Part shown: piece after piece, positions 7,955 to 17,421 of the stretch
How positions within the stretch are numbered: the first letter of the stretch is position 1
Layout of the letters: each line of letters begins with the position of its first letter
Assembly: GCA_030691735.1 (NCBI GenBank)
Contig: JAUYDS010000075.1
Location: 1-59,176 of the forward strand
Length of the DNA: 59,176 nucleotides
Origin: Candidatus Aminicenantes bacterium
GTDB taxonomy: Bacteria; Acidobacteriota; Aminicenantia; Aminicenantales; UBA4085
Reading direction: 5' to 3'
Made by a program: the position numbers and the translations under genes
The notes under the pieces: generated by a model
What the model was told of the DNA's origin: nothing
Databases searched by the model: none
Seen by the model: only the letters and a program-made list of their open reading frames with translations

Positions 7955-9721
7955 TTATTGGGTGATCTTCGTTTTCAGGATCCGCAGCGGCAGCGGGCCG
8001 AAGCTCACCAGCTTCTTCAGGAATTCTTTCTGGCTGAAGGCCTCGCCCTTGGCTGTTTTATATTCCTTCTCGATATCCAGGATCGTCTGATATCCAATGT
8101 AGGCGTTGGACGCTTCATTTGGATTGAGAACGATCTTGTTCCAGTTGCGCTCCGCTTCTGCCGGCGTTTGGAATCCGTTGATCGTCATCAGCTTGATGGC
8201 CTGTTCTTTGGTCGTGCTGCCCTCATGAACGCTGACATCGATCTGAAAATCCATCAAGGCTTCGAGCTTCAGTTTGAGTTCGAAAAGGCGCTGTTTCAGG
8301 TCGTAGTCGTTGAACCCGGCGTAGACGAACATGTCCTGGGCATAGAGGGGCCAGCCCTGGAGCAGAGCCTGGTTGGGATTCAGCTTCCGGATCAAAGACG
8401 CGTTTTTTAGGGTGAAAGCGGTCGGGAAGAAGGGGCCCGGATAGACGTTATGGATCGTCCAGATGGGGAGCATATAATTGGGGTATTCGTCCATGAACGA
8501 CTGGACCTGGTCGGCCGGCAGGCTTTCGAAATAGGGATTGATCTGGACCGAATAAGAACCGCCCTGTTCGTAAGGTGTCGGGGTGACCAGTTTTGTCAGG
8601 ATGGAATTGCGGTCCAAAGCGGGCATCAGCTCGATGGAGAAGGAATCTTCGGGGACGTCGAGGAGGCCCTGCTTGGCGATAAAGGCTTTGATCTCATCCG
8701 TTGTGGATTTGATCTTGTTGAACCATTCCTCTTTGGTCGGCTGAGCGGCTTTGATCTTGTTCATCACGTGGAGAACGACGTTATTGAAGAGCTGGTCCTG
8801 GGTGATGTTGGCGGGCGGGTTCTCGATATCGAATTTGGGGTCCATGATCTTGTAGTAGGGCATGCAGACCAGGAACATTTCGCGGCGGAGATTCTTGGCC
8901 TCGGCAGTCGCCCGGGCGCCCAGCTCGTTCAACATGATCATGCCGCTCGAGGTCAATTGAAAGATCCGCTGATGGGCCTCGCCGAGCCGGAAGTTCCCGG
9001 TCGATCGGGCCAGGAGATCGGCTTGAAGGAACCTCTGGTAGTCTTCCAGGGCGATGATGGCCTTGCCCAGTTCGGTTTGGAATTTGGACTTGGCCTCGAC
9101 GCCGCCCATCTCGATCAGCTTGGGGACTTCGGTCCGATAGAAATCCAGAATGGCGGGGAATTTTCGGATGGCTTCTTCGGTATATTCCTTGGGCGGGGTC
9201 TTGAGCTCCGTCTTGGCCGTTTTGATGAATCCCGGAAGGGCTTTGGCCCGCTCCGTGGCGCTTTTCAGCCGGCCGTCCATGGCGGCGAAATCCTTGACCA
9301 AAAGACTGCGGACGCTCTGCAGGATGATCTCATTGTAATAGAGCGGATTGAGCTGCTGGGGGACGATCTTTTCGAGCCGGAGGAGGTTGAGGTCGATCGC
9401 GTCCCGGAGCAGGTCGAAGTCGATCTGCGCTTCCGGGCTGAGCTTGTCCCTGGAGATCTTGTTGACCAGATCGGCGCTGACCTTGTCCACGGTCTTCAGA
9501 TAGTCTTCGATGTTGGATTCGGCGAAGGCCTCGAGCTTGTCGTTGTACTTGTGATAGCCGGCCAGCGTCGCCGATGTCGGAAAGAATTTCCAGTAGGCAT
9601 CCAGATAAGATTCCATCGTCTTGGCGAACTTGGCGTCCTCGGGGTTCTGTTGGGATGACAGCCATCCGAACCCGGCCAAGATGAAGATGCCAAACATGAC
9701 GGGGATGAGTTTTTTTCTCAT
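7955..9721 (-). CDS. Secreted DUF885-like protein
   Basis: Signal peptide MRKKLIPVMFGIFILAGFG. Size and N-terminal region (YLDAYWKFFPTSATLAGYHKYNDKLE) resemble the DUF885 family as I remember it. No catalytic assignment. Confidence 0.6.
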   Translation of the reverse strand: MRKKLIPVMFGIFILAGFGWLSSQQNPEDAKFAKTMESYLDAYWKFFPTSATLAGYHKYNDKLEAFAESNIEDYLKTVDKVSADLVNKISRDKLSPEAQIDFDLLRDAIDLNLLRLEKIVPQQLNPLYYNEIILQSVRSLLVKDFAAMDGRLKSATERAKALPGFIKTAKTELKTPPKEYTEEAIRKFPAILDFYRTEVPKLIEMGGVEAKSKFQTELGKAIIALEDYQRFLQADLLARSTGNFRLGEAHQRIFQLTSSGMIMLNELGARATAEAKNLRREMFLVCMPYYKIMDPKFDIENPPANITQDQLFNNVVLHVMNKIKAAQPTKEEWFNKIKSTTDEIKAFIAKQGLLDVPEDSFSIELMPALDRNSILTKLVTPTPYEQGGSYSVQINPYFESLPADQVQSFMDEYPNYMLPIWTIHNVYPGPFFPTAFTLKNASLIRKLNPNQALLQGWPLYAQDMFVYAGFNDYDLKQRLFELKLKLEALMDFQIDVSVHEGSTTKEQAIKLMTINGFQTPAEAERNWNKIVLNPNEASNAYIGYQTILDIEKEYKTAKGEAFSQKEFLKKLVSFGPLPLRILKTKITQ

Positions 9722-9925
9722 ATCCTCCTCCTCTTGTAAAACAATTTTATATCAATGGTCCTTAACCGAATCCTGAATCCTAGCACATTTTTCTCGATAA
9801 ATGCAATTCCCCGAGGAAAATCCCGACCGTCCCCGAAGGATTCGACCCTTGTCTTGGATATCATTTTGCCCAGGGATGATCAGAGCAATTTTTATGCCAA
9901 AAAAAAGTCGAGTGCCCCACCGACC

Positions 9926-10933
9926 TTACCATCGGATGACGGCCGAAGCCCAGGTGAACCCGGACCCGAAGGCCGTCAGGACGATGTGATCGCCGCGTTT
10001 GACCCTTCCCTCGCGGACCGCTTCGTCGAGAGCGATGGGGATGGAGGCCGCGGTCGTGTTCCCAAAGCGGTCGATGTTGCGGGCGACCTTTTCGATCGGG
10101 ATCCGCAGCTTCTGGGCGACCATCTGGGAGATACGGTCGTTGGCCTGGTGGGGGATGAGGAGGGCCACGTCGTCGATGGTCAAGTTGTTGTGTTGGAGAG
10201 CGGCCATGACCGCCTCGGGCATGCGGACGGAGGCGTTCTTGAAGACGTTCTTGCCGTCCATTCGAGCATAGAATCCGCCCGTTTCAAAGAGGTCGGCCGA
10301 GATCGTCGGTTTTCGCCTCGAGCTGGGGTGTTCCATCCAGAGGTCCCGATAGGCTCGTCCGTCGCAGAAGAGGTGGGTGGAAAGGATCCCGCGGCCGTCG
10401 TCGGCCGGATTCGGCTCGAGGATCACGGCGGCCCCGCCGTCCCCGAAGAGAACCGCCATGTCCCGGCCTTCGTCGGAATAATCCAGGTTGTGGGATTGGA
10501 CCTCGGCCGCGCAGAGGAGGATCTTCTTATAGCTGCCCGCGCGGATGTACTGGTCGGCGACGGACAGGGCGTAGATGAATCCGCTGCACTGGTTGCGGAC
10601 ATCCAAGGCGCCGATGGTCGACAAGCCGAGCTTGGCCTGGATCATGACTCCGATGCCCGGGAAATAATGGTCCGGGGCGATCGTGGCGGCGATGATGAAA
10701 TCGATCTCGGACTTGTCGATCCCCGCGCTTTCGATCGCCCTCCAGGCGGCCTCCACGGCCAGGTCCGAGCTCCCGACGCCGTCCTCGGCGTAGTGACGCT
10801 CCCGGATTCCGGACCGCTGCTGGATCCATTCGTCGGACGTGTTCATGATCTTTTCAAGGTCGAAATTTGTGACGACCTTTGGAGGGACGAAATGACCCGT
10901 TCCCGTGATGATGGTTCGTGGATTCATGCGCAC
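9926..10933 (-). CDS. fabH: 3-oxoacyl-ACP synthase III
   Basis: Active-site Cys context NQCSGFIYAL, plus HQANDRI and GNTTAASIPIAL motifs. 335 aa. Confidence 0.95.
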   Translation of the reverse strand: MRMNPRTIITGTGHFVPPKVVTNFDLEKIMNTSDEWIQQRSGIRERHYAEDGVGSSDLAVEAAWRAIESAGIDKSEIDFIIAATIAPDHYFPGIGVMIQAKLGLSTIGALDVRNQCSGFIYALSVADQYIRAGSYKKILLCAAEVQSHNLDYSDEGRDMAVLFGDGGAAVILEPNPADDGRGILSTHLFCDGRAYRDLWMEHPSSRRKPTISADLFETGGFYARMDGKNVFKNASVRMPEAVMAALQHNNLTIDDVALLIPHQANDRISQMVAQKLRIPIEKVARNIDRFGNTTAASIPIALDEAVREGRVKRGDHIVLTAFGSGFTWASAVIRW

Positions 10934-11042
10934 CGCCTTTGCCTGGGCCTCATTATATTCAAGAGATTTTAAAAAAGAAAGAAAAAGCTTAGAAGACCCC
11001 GCGCTTGACTTGAAGCGCGCAACGCGCCTAAACTTGTCCTGT

Positions 11043-11555
11043 ATGCGTGGACATCCCGAAGCCGCCCTCCTGAAAAAGGCCTTTCTGGCCGGACTGGGCC
11101 TCCTTCTCTGCGCCGCTTCGCTTCCTCCCGCTCAGGAGGACCCGATCAAGGTCGAAGCGAGCATCCGCCCGTTGCGGGTCGCGCGGGGCGAAGAAGGCCG
11201 GGTCGTCCTCAAGATCAGCGTCAAAGAGGGCTTCACGGTCAATTCCCTGCCCTCCTTCATCATCGAGTTCGGTTCCGGGACCGACCTCCTCTTTCCCAAG
11301 AATTTCTTCACCGCGTCGGACCTGAACCTCGATATCGTCGAAGAGAACGGCAAGCAGCGGCTGAACCTGGAAAAGCCTCTCGAGATCGGCTTTACCGTCA
11401 GCCTGAAGGCGACGCGCGGGGTTCACCTGCTCCAGGGCCGGGTCAAATATTTCGCCACCTCAACCCAAGACGGCTGGTGCCTGAAGAGCTCGACCAAATT
11501 TTCCGCCCGCACACTCATCTTCGCCAAGGTCCTTCAAAGCCAGCCGGCGTCCTGA
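11043..11555 (+). CDS. Hypothetical secreted protein
   Basis: An internal ATG at 11043 gives MRGHPEAALLKKAFLAGLGLLLCAASLPPAQ, a signal-peptide-like N-terminus, followed by a beta-rich ~140-aa domain. The part of the track ORF upstream of 11043 overlaps fabH. No family recognised. Confidence 0.45.
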   Translation: MRGHPEAALLKKAFLAGLGLLLCAASLPPAQEDPIKVEASIRPLRVARGEEGRVVLKISVKEGFTVNSLPSFIIEFGSGTDLLFPKNFFTASDLNLDIVEENGKQRLNLEKPLEIGFTVSLKATRGVHLLQGRVKYFATSTQDGWCLKSSTKFSARTLIFAKVLQSQPAS

Positions 11556-12502
11556 TACCAGCGGATCGTTTCCCGGATGCCCTCGTCAAGGGAAAAGCCC
11601 GTGACGAAGGACAGCTTCAGGCGGGCGTTTTCGACGTCGGCCACCCAGCCCGCCTGTAAATACTCTTGGACCTTGTCGCGGTTGACGATGTGCGGCTTAC
11701 CGGTCACCGCGCTGAGCAGTTCCTGGATGAACGAGGCGCCCAAAGCTATGGACTTCGGAACGACGATCTTCTTCACTCTCTTTCCGAGCGCCCGGGCGGC
11801 GGCCCGGCCGATGTCTTCCATGGTGTGGGGGACGGGATCGGAGATGTTCAGGATCTCGCCGCTGTCCAAGAGGGCCCCTCCGGCGAGCTCCAGCGCCCGG
11901 ACGATGTCCTTGACGTAACACAAGCTGACGAGCCTTGGGTCGATCCCGATGACGGGCATCAGGCCGCGTTTGAGGAACTTGAAAAAGTTCAGAAAATCGG
12001 TGTCCCGGGGGCCGTAGACGGCGCCGACGCGGAGGATTGTCACCGGGAAACGGTCTCGGCGGGCCAAGGCCTCTTCTTCACCGCGAAGCTTGCTTTTGCC
12101 GTAGGCCGTAACGGGCGCGGGCGGATCGCTTTCCCGGCGTCCGGAGCTTCCGTCGGAGGGCCCGCCGGCGGAGATACTGGAGAGGACCACGACCTTGGGG
12201 AACTGCCGCTGCCGGGTGAGGGCATCGAACAGGCTTGCTGTTCCTCGCTGGTTTACAGTATAATAATCAGCCGCTTTCAGGGATTTGGTCAATCCCGCGA
12301 GATGGTAGACGCAGTCCAGGTTGGACGGCAAGGCCGGAATGTCGAACAGATCGCCCTTGAGAAGATGAACGGACGCCTCTTTAGCGAAGGAGGCGCGGCC
12401 GGGATCCCGGACGAGGGCGAAGACCTCGGCCCGGAGCTCGAGCAGCCGCTCGATGAGATGGGACCCGATGAAACCCGTGCCACCGGTGGCGAGGACGTTC
12501 AT
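11534..12502 (-). CDS. NAD-dependent epimerase/dehydratase (extended SDR)
   Basis: Rossmann motif TGGTGFIGSHL at the N-terminus and YxxxK (YGKSK). 322 aa. Confidence 0.85.
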   Translation of the reverse strand: MNVLATGGTGFIGSHLIERLLELRAEVFALVRDPGRASFAKEASVHLLKGDLFDIPALPSNLDCVYHLAGLTKSLKAADYYTVNQRGTASLFDALTRQRQFPKVVVLSSISAGGPSDGSSGRRESDPPAPVTAYGKSKLRGEEEALARRDRFPVTILRVGAVYGPRDTDFLNFFKFLKRGLMPVIGIDPRLVSLCYVKDIVRALELAGGALLDSGEILNISDPVPHTMEDIGRAAARALGKRVKKIVVPKSIALGASFIQELLSAVTGKPHIVNRDKVQEYLQAGWVADVENARLKLSFVTGFSLDEGIRETIRWYQDAGWL

Positions 12503-12632
12503 GGTTGAAGGCCATTGTATGTTAAACCCATTGGGCGGTCAAACCTGATCCGCGAAACCGGGTTCCGAAGGACGGAGCAACACTCCCGAGGAGGAGTTCA
12601 TGGATCTTTTTATTAAGAGATAAGATAAGAAT

Positions 12633-12708
12633 GGGTACACATACCGAATTCAAAGTCAGGATCTTGAGAAATAACACCGAATCTTGCGTGAATTCGGTAT
12701 GTGTACCC
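12633..12708. repeat. Family A hairpin: 19-bp perfect inverted repeat GGGTACACATACCGAATTC
   Basis: 12633-12651 is the exact reverse complement of 12690-12708, with a 38-nt loop. An extra TGTACCC lies at 12717-12723, 3 nt before ATG 12727. Confidence 0.9.
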
Positions 12709-12726
12709 GATTTAATTGTACCCAAA

Positions 12727-14538
12727 ATGCTCAAAATGCTTCTCGCGGCGATCGCCGCGTGCGGGCTGCTGTCGTCCGCCGCCGCGCAGACGGCGATCAT
12801 GCCTCTGGACCAGGTCAAGGCCGGCCAAAAAGGGAAGGGGCGGACGGTCTTTGAAGAGACCCGGATCGAGGAGTTCGATGCGGACATCCTGGGCGTTCTG
12901 ACCAACACCAATCCCAAAAGAAACGTGATCATCGCCCGGCTCAAGGGCAGGAACTTGGAGTCGACCGGCGTGATCGCCGGCATGAGCGGAAGCCCTGTTT
13001 ACGTCGACGGCAAGCTCATTGGCGCCGTGGCCTTCAGCTTCCCCTACGCCAAGGAAGCGATCGCCGGGATCACGCCCATCGGGGAGATGATGGCCCTGTC
13101 CGCGGAAAAAAAGAAGCCCGGTCCGTCGTCCCTCTTTTCGGAGATCCCTTTCACCTCGACCCTGTCTCTCGAACGGCTGTTCGAGCTCAGAAAGGACATC
13201 TTCCCCGTGCGCGAAAGCCAGGCCGCCCTGGGGCCGGGTCTCAATCCGTTGAAGATCCCGCTCGTGTTCAGCGGGTTCTCGCCGCGGGTGATGGAGAAGG
13301 TCAGCCCGTTCTTCTCCCGGATGGGCTTTTATCCGGTCAAAGCCGGCGGCGGGGCCCAGACGCTCGAGAAACCGACGGCCTTGGACATGTCCCTCCGCGA
13401 AGGCGATCCGGTCACGCTCCAGCTCGTCACAGGAGACCTGGACCTGTCGGCCGTGGGGACGGTGACCTACGTGGACGGGACGAAGATCCTCGCTTTCGGC
13501 CATCCGCTCTATAATTTAGGGGACGTGAACTACGCCATGGCCAAGGCGAAGATCATCACCGTCGTTCCCATGCTCGACAACTCCTTCAAGCTGGCCGCGA
13601 CCGGGCCGACGATCGGCACGTTCTTGCAGGACCGGACGTCTGGAGCGCTGGGCGAGATCGGCAAGATCCCCAACCTCGTCCCGTTCAACGTCCGTCTCTT
13701 CGACGACGGCACCAACCTCCGGGAATACGGCTTCAAGGTCGTCGCCGACCCGATCCTGACGCCGGTTCTGGTCAACATGTCGCTGCTGGCGCTTCTCCAA
13801 AGCGAGGAGCGGGCCGTGGGCGATCTGACGCTCGAGCTGCAGGGCGACATCTACCTCGACACGGGCCCGAGCGTCCAGACCATCCACCTGGAGGACATGT
13901 ATTCCGGGAATTTCGACGCGGCCATTCTCGACGCGACCAATTTCATCACGGCCGTCATCTTTTTCCTGGGCAGCAACGAGTTCAAGAACGTCGCCTTTCA
14001 CCGGATCGACCTGGGCTTGAAGTCGGTGGACCAGGCTCGGTTCGCCGCGCTGGAGCGGGTCTGGCTCGATAAATACGAAGCCTCGCCGGGAGAGACCATC
14101 ACCATCAAGGTCTTTTACCGGACCTTCCGCGGCGAGACGCGCGTCGAGGAAGTGCCGTTGACGACACCCAACCTCCCGGCCGGGTCCGAGTTCCAGCTCA
14201 TCGTCGGAGACGCGGCCTCGATGCAGCAAGTGGAGACGGGGATCTATCGCGCGGCGGGGATCGTTCCCAGGAGCCTCAACCAGCTCCTCCGCCTCCTCAA
14301 CAACCTGCGCAAGAACAACCGGATCTATCTCAAGATCATCGCCTCCAAGCCGGGCCTGTTCCTCCGGGGCGAGGAGATGCCCAACCTGCCGCCGGCCATG
14401 AAGTCCCTCTTCGCCTCGCCGCGGGCGGCTTTTCCGGCGCCGATCGAGATCACCAGCTCCACCCTGGGCGAATATCAACTGCCTCTTCCTTATGTATTCA
14501 AAGGCCTGGCCTCGATCCCGATCAGGATCCGAAAATAA
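12727..14538 (+). CDS. Secreted SpoIVB-type (S55-like) serine peptidase domain protein
   Basis: Start placed at ATG 12727, so that the signal peptide MLKMLLAAIAACGLLSSAAAQ is N-terminal. GMSGSPVY serine-protease-like motif in the N-terminal domain, followed by a large C-terminal region of unknown fold. Confidence 0.65.
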   Translation: MLKMLLAAIAACGLLSSAAAQTAIMPLDQVKAGQKGKGRTVFEETRIEEFDADILGVLTNTNPKRNVIIARLKGRNLESTGVIAGMSGSPVYVDGKLIGAVAFSFPYAKEAIAGITPIGEMMALSAEKKKPGPSSLFSEIPFTSTLSLERLFELRKDIFPVRESQAALGPGLNPLKIPLVFSGFSPRVMEKVSPFFSRMGFYPVKAGGGAQTLEKPTALDMSLREGDPVTLQLVTGDLDLSAVGTVTYVDGTKILAFGHPLYNLGDVNYAMAKAKIITVVPMLDNSFKLAATGPTIGTFLQDRTSGALGEIGKIPNLVPFNVRLFDDGTNLREYGFKVVADPILTPVLVNMSLLALLQSEERAVGDLTLELQGDIYLDTGPSVQTIHLEDMYSGNFDAAILDATNFITAVIFFLGSNEFKNVAFHRIDLGLKSVDQARFAALERVWLDKYEASPGETITIKVFYRTFRGETRVEEVPLTTPNLPAGSEFQLIVGDAASMQQVETGIYRAAGIVPRSLNQLLRLLNNLRKNNRIYLKIIASKPGLFLRGEEMPNLPPAMKSLFASPRAAFPAPIEITSSTLGEYQLPLPYVFKGLASIPIRIRK

Positions 14539-14571
14539 CCGACGGAGACGATTCCCTTGTGGAGAAACGGC

Positions 14572-16770
14572 ATGAGCAAAAAGACAGTCGCGACGCTGGC
14601 ACTGGCCCTCCTCGCAGTCACGGCCGCCTTGGCCGTCGTCCCCCAGAAATGGACCTTCCGCGTTTTCGACGATTTTCTGCGGGGCAAGTTCGACGGCGTC
14701 TCCCTCGCCTCCGACGGGCGGCTGACGCTGTCTCCGCGCGAGGAGGGGATCGACGGCCCGACCGAGGATTTTTATCTCTCGGTCCTGATGACGCCCGAAG
14801 GGATCGCCTATCTGGGCACGGGCCACGGAGGACGAATCTACCGGATCTCGAAGGACGGCAAGAGCGAGCTTTACGCCCAGACCTCCGAGATGGATGTGAC
14901 CTCCCTGGCCATGGACAAGAAAGGCGTCCTCTACGCGGGGACGTCGCCTAACGGAAAGATCTACAAGATCACGGCCCAGAGCAAGAGCGCGGACTTTTTC
15001 GACCCGAGCGAAAAATACATTTGGGACCTTCATTTTTTAGAGGACGGTAATCTGCTCGCGGCCGTCGGGGAAAGCGGCGGCATCTACGAGGTCAATCCCC
15101 AGGGCGAAGGGCGGATGACCTTCAAGGCCCAGGAGAACCATATTCTCTGCCTGAAGCTGGACAAGACCGGGGACATCATCGCCGGAAGCGGCGGGAACGG
15201 CCTCGTCTACCGGATCGCCAAGGGAGGAAAAGCGGCGGTCATCTTCGAATCTCCCTATGAAGAGGTCCGCAGCCTGGCCTTCGATCTTGACGGAAACATC
15301 TACGCGGCGGCCGGCGGAACGACGAGCCGGGGGAAGAAAGAGGACCTTTTGGTTCCCGCGGCGGGTCGCGACGCGGAAGTGATGATCTCCATCTCGGCCA
15401 CGGCCGCGGCGCCGGCGACGCAGGCGGTCCAGGCCGCGCGCGCTCCCGGGAAACCCGCGCCCGCGGTCGCTTCATCCTTGAAAGAACCGGGCGCACTCTA
15501 CAGGATCGCTCCGAACGGAGTCGCGACGCGCCTGTGGTCGTCCTCCGACGAAATGATCTACAGCCTCTTTTGGAACGAGCCGGAGAAGCGGATCTATTTC
15601 GGGACGGGTCCAAAAGGCCGCCTGGTCGCCCTGGACAAGGATGAAAAGGCCACGCTCGTCCTGCAAAAGAACTCCGAACAGATCTTCGACCTCTTGCCAG
15701 TCGGAGTGAGAACCTATCTCCTCTCCAACAATCCGGTCCAACTCAGCGTCATTTATCCGGAGCAGCGCTTGAGCGGGGAGTACATCAGTCCGGTCCTGGA
15801 CGCGAGAATCCTCTCCACTTGGGGGAAGATGAGCTGGGACGTTGACCTGCCCGAAGGCGCGCTGGTTCAATTCCAGACGCGGAGCGGCAACTCGTACGAA
15901 CCCGGCCCGAGCTGGAGTGATTGGTCGCCCCCCTATCAAAAAAGGGAAGGGGAGCAGATCCTGAGCCCGAAAGCCCGCTATCTGCAGTTCCGGGCGCTAT
16001 TCAAGGCCATCTCAGGAAAGCAGTCGCCCGTGCTGTCGAAGGCGGTTCTCTTCTATCTCCAGACGAACGTCGCCCCGGTTTTTTCCCGTCTCGAAGCTCT
16101 GACCCCGAACGAGGTCTTCTTAAAGATGCCCGATCAGGAAGAGATTATCCAGGGCTTGGAGAAGAGAGCTCCCGACGCGGCCGCGAAGAAAGACGACGGA
16201 CTTCGCTTCGCGATGCCTAAAAAAGTCGAGAGGAAAGGTTATCAAACGATCCAATGGGACACCGAGGACGAGAACGGCGATTCTCTTTTATATACGATAT
16301 CTCTCCGGCAGGAAGGGGAGAAGGATTGGCGGGTGCTCGAGGACGGTTGGGCCGAAACCCTGTTTACGTTAGCCACGACGAATTTCCCCGACGGGGTTTA
16401 TTTCCTCAAGGTGACCGCTTCGGATCTGCCCTCGAACCCCCCGGCGCTCGAAAAAACCGCGGAAAAGATCAGTCAAGCCCTGGTCATTGACAATTCTCCC
16501 CCGCAGGTTAAAAACGTCCTGGCCGTTAGGGACGGCACGCAACTCAACGTGAGTTTCCTGGCCGAGGACGCCTTCTCGCCCATCAAGGACGTGCGCTATC
16601 TCGTCCGGCCCGATGACTGGCGCGTCGTCTTTCCCGAGGACGGAATCTGCGATTCGAAGCAGGAAAGCTTCAAGTTCAAAATCGCCCTGGCGGGGACGTC
16701 GGACAAGATGATCACGATCCTGGTCAAAGACGCCGCCGGCAATACCGCTACGATCAAGCAGGCATTTTAA
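14572..16770 (+). CDS. Secreted beta-propeller repeat protein with C-terminal Ig-like region
   Basis: GGAGA RBS 6 nt before ATG 14572 and signal peptide MSKKTVATLALALLAVTAALA. Repeated blade-like motifs (GRIYRISKDG, GKIYKITAQ, GGIYEVNPQG, GLVYRIAKGG). Beta-rich C-terminus. Confidence 0.6.
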   Translation: MSKKTVATLALALLAVTAALAVVPQKWTFRVFDDFLRGKFDGVSLASDGRLTLSPREEGIDGPTEDFYLSVLMTPEGIAYLGTGHGGRIYRISKDGKSELYAQTSEMDVTSLAMDKKGVLYAGTSPNGKIYKITAQSKSADFFDPSEKYIWDLHFLEDGNLLAAVGESGGIYEVNPQGEGRMTFKAQENHILCLKLDKTGDIIAGSGGNGLVYRIAKGGKAAVIFESPYEEVRSLAFDLDGNIYAAAGGTTSRGKKEDLLVPAAGRDAEVMISISATAAAPATQAVQAARAPGKPAPAVASSLKEPGALYRIAPNGVATRLWSSSDEMIYSLFWNEPEKRIYFGTGPKGRLVALDKDEKATLVLQKNSEQIFDLLPVGVRTYLLSNNPVQLSVIYPEQRLSGEYISPVLDARILSTWGKMSWDVDLPEGALVQFQTRSGNSYEPGPSWSDWSPPYQKREGEQILSPKARYLQFRALFKAISGKQSPVLSKAVLFYLQTNVAPVFSRLEALTPNEVFLKMPDQEEIIQGLEKRAPDAAAKKDDGLRFAMPKKVERKGYQTIQWDTEDENGDSLLYTISLRQEGEKDWRVLEDGWAETLFTLATTNFPDGVYFLKVTASDLPSNPPALEKTAEKISQALVIDNSPPQVKNVLAVRDGTQLNVSFLAEDAFSPIKDVRYLVRPDDWRVVFPEDGICDSKQESFKFKIALAGTSDKMITILVKDAAGNTATIKQAF

Positions 16771-16781
16771 AAAGGAAGAAA

Positions 16782-16825
16782 AAAGGGGACGGTTCTCTTT
16801 TCTTGAAAAAGAGAACCGTCCCCTT
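16782..16825. terminator. Bidirectional rho-independent terminator
   Basis: Perfect 20-bp stem AAAGGGGACGGTTCTCTTTT / AAAAGAGAACCGTCCCCTTT with loop CTTG. A/T runs lie on both sides, and the element sits between convergent genes. Confidence 0.85.
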
Positions 16826-16845
16826 TATTTATCTTCACCTGTTCC

Positions 16846-17409
16846 TTACACCCGTTCCAGGTAGGAGTCGTCCCGGGTGTCGATCTTCAGGACGTCCCCT
16901 TCTTTGATGAAGGGCGGGACCATGACCGTCAGGCCGTTCTCGAGGGTGGCGGGCTTAAAGGAGGCGGAGGCCGTGGCCCCTTTCATGAACGGTTCGGTGT
17001 GGGTGACCTTCAATTGGATGGTGATCGGAGGCACGACGCTCACCGGCTTGCCTTCAGACGATTCGACGCTGTAAACGACGTTCGGCACGAGGTGCTTGAC
17101 GGCGTCGCCGATGACCTCGGCCGTCAGCGTGACCTGGTCGAAGGTCGACGGGTTCATGAAGAAATAATCGTCGCCGCTCTGATAAAGGAATTCCATGGGC
17201 GTCTCGTCGATGAAGGCCTGCTCGACCCGCTCTTCCGACCGGAAGCGGTAATCCGTGACCGTGTTGTCCTTCAGGCTGCGGAGCTTCGTTTGGACCATGG
17301 CCTTCCATCGGCCGGGGGTGACGAGCTGCATCTCGACGACGCGCCAGAGCTGGCCGTCCTCCCTTTTTATGATCATCCCTTTTCGGATTCTCGTCGCGTC
17401 AAGCATCAA
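16846..17409 (-). CDS. efp: Elongation factor P (Arg34, PGRW loop)
   Basis: Aligns by eye with E. coli EF-P along its length (KIDTRDDSYLERV versus KVDTRSGEYVSRV). The loop reads QLVTPGRWKAMVQTKLR. Confidence 0.9.
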   Translation of the reverse strand: MMLDATRIRKGMIIKREDGQLWRVVEMQLVTPGRWKAMVQTKLRSLKDNTVTDYRFRSEERVEQAFIDETPMEFLYQSGDDYFFMNPSTFDQVTLTAEVIGDAVKHLVPNVVYSVESSEGKPVSVVPPITIQLKVTHTEPFMKGATASASFKPATLENGLTVMVPPFIKEGDVLKIDTRDDSYLERV

Positions 17410-17421
17410 AAATCCTCCAAA

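Noticed and set aside
12631-12726. Upstream ATG 12631 as the start of the S55 peptidase; similarly the small ORF 38275..38502
   Set aside because: These codons are the arms of perfect inverted repeats (GTHTEF.. / ..NSVCVP; GDTYRRDTSS..). The signal peptide becomes N-terminal only with the 12727 start.
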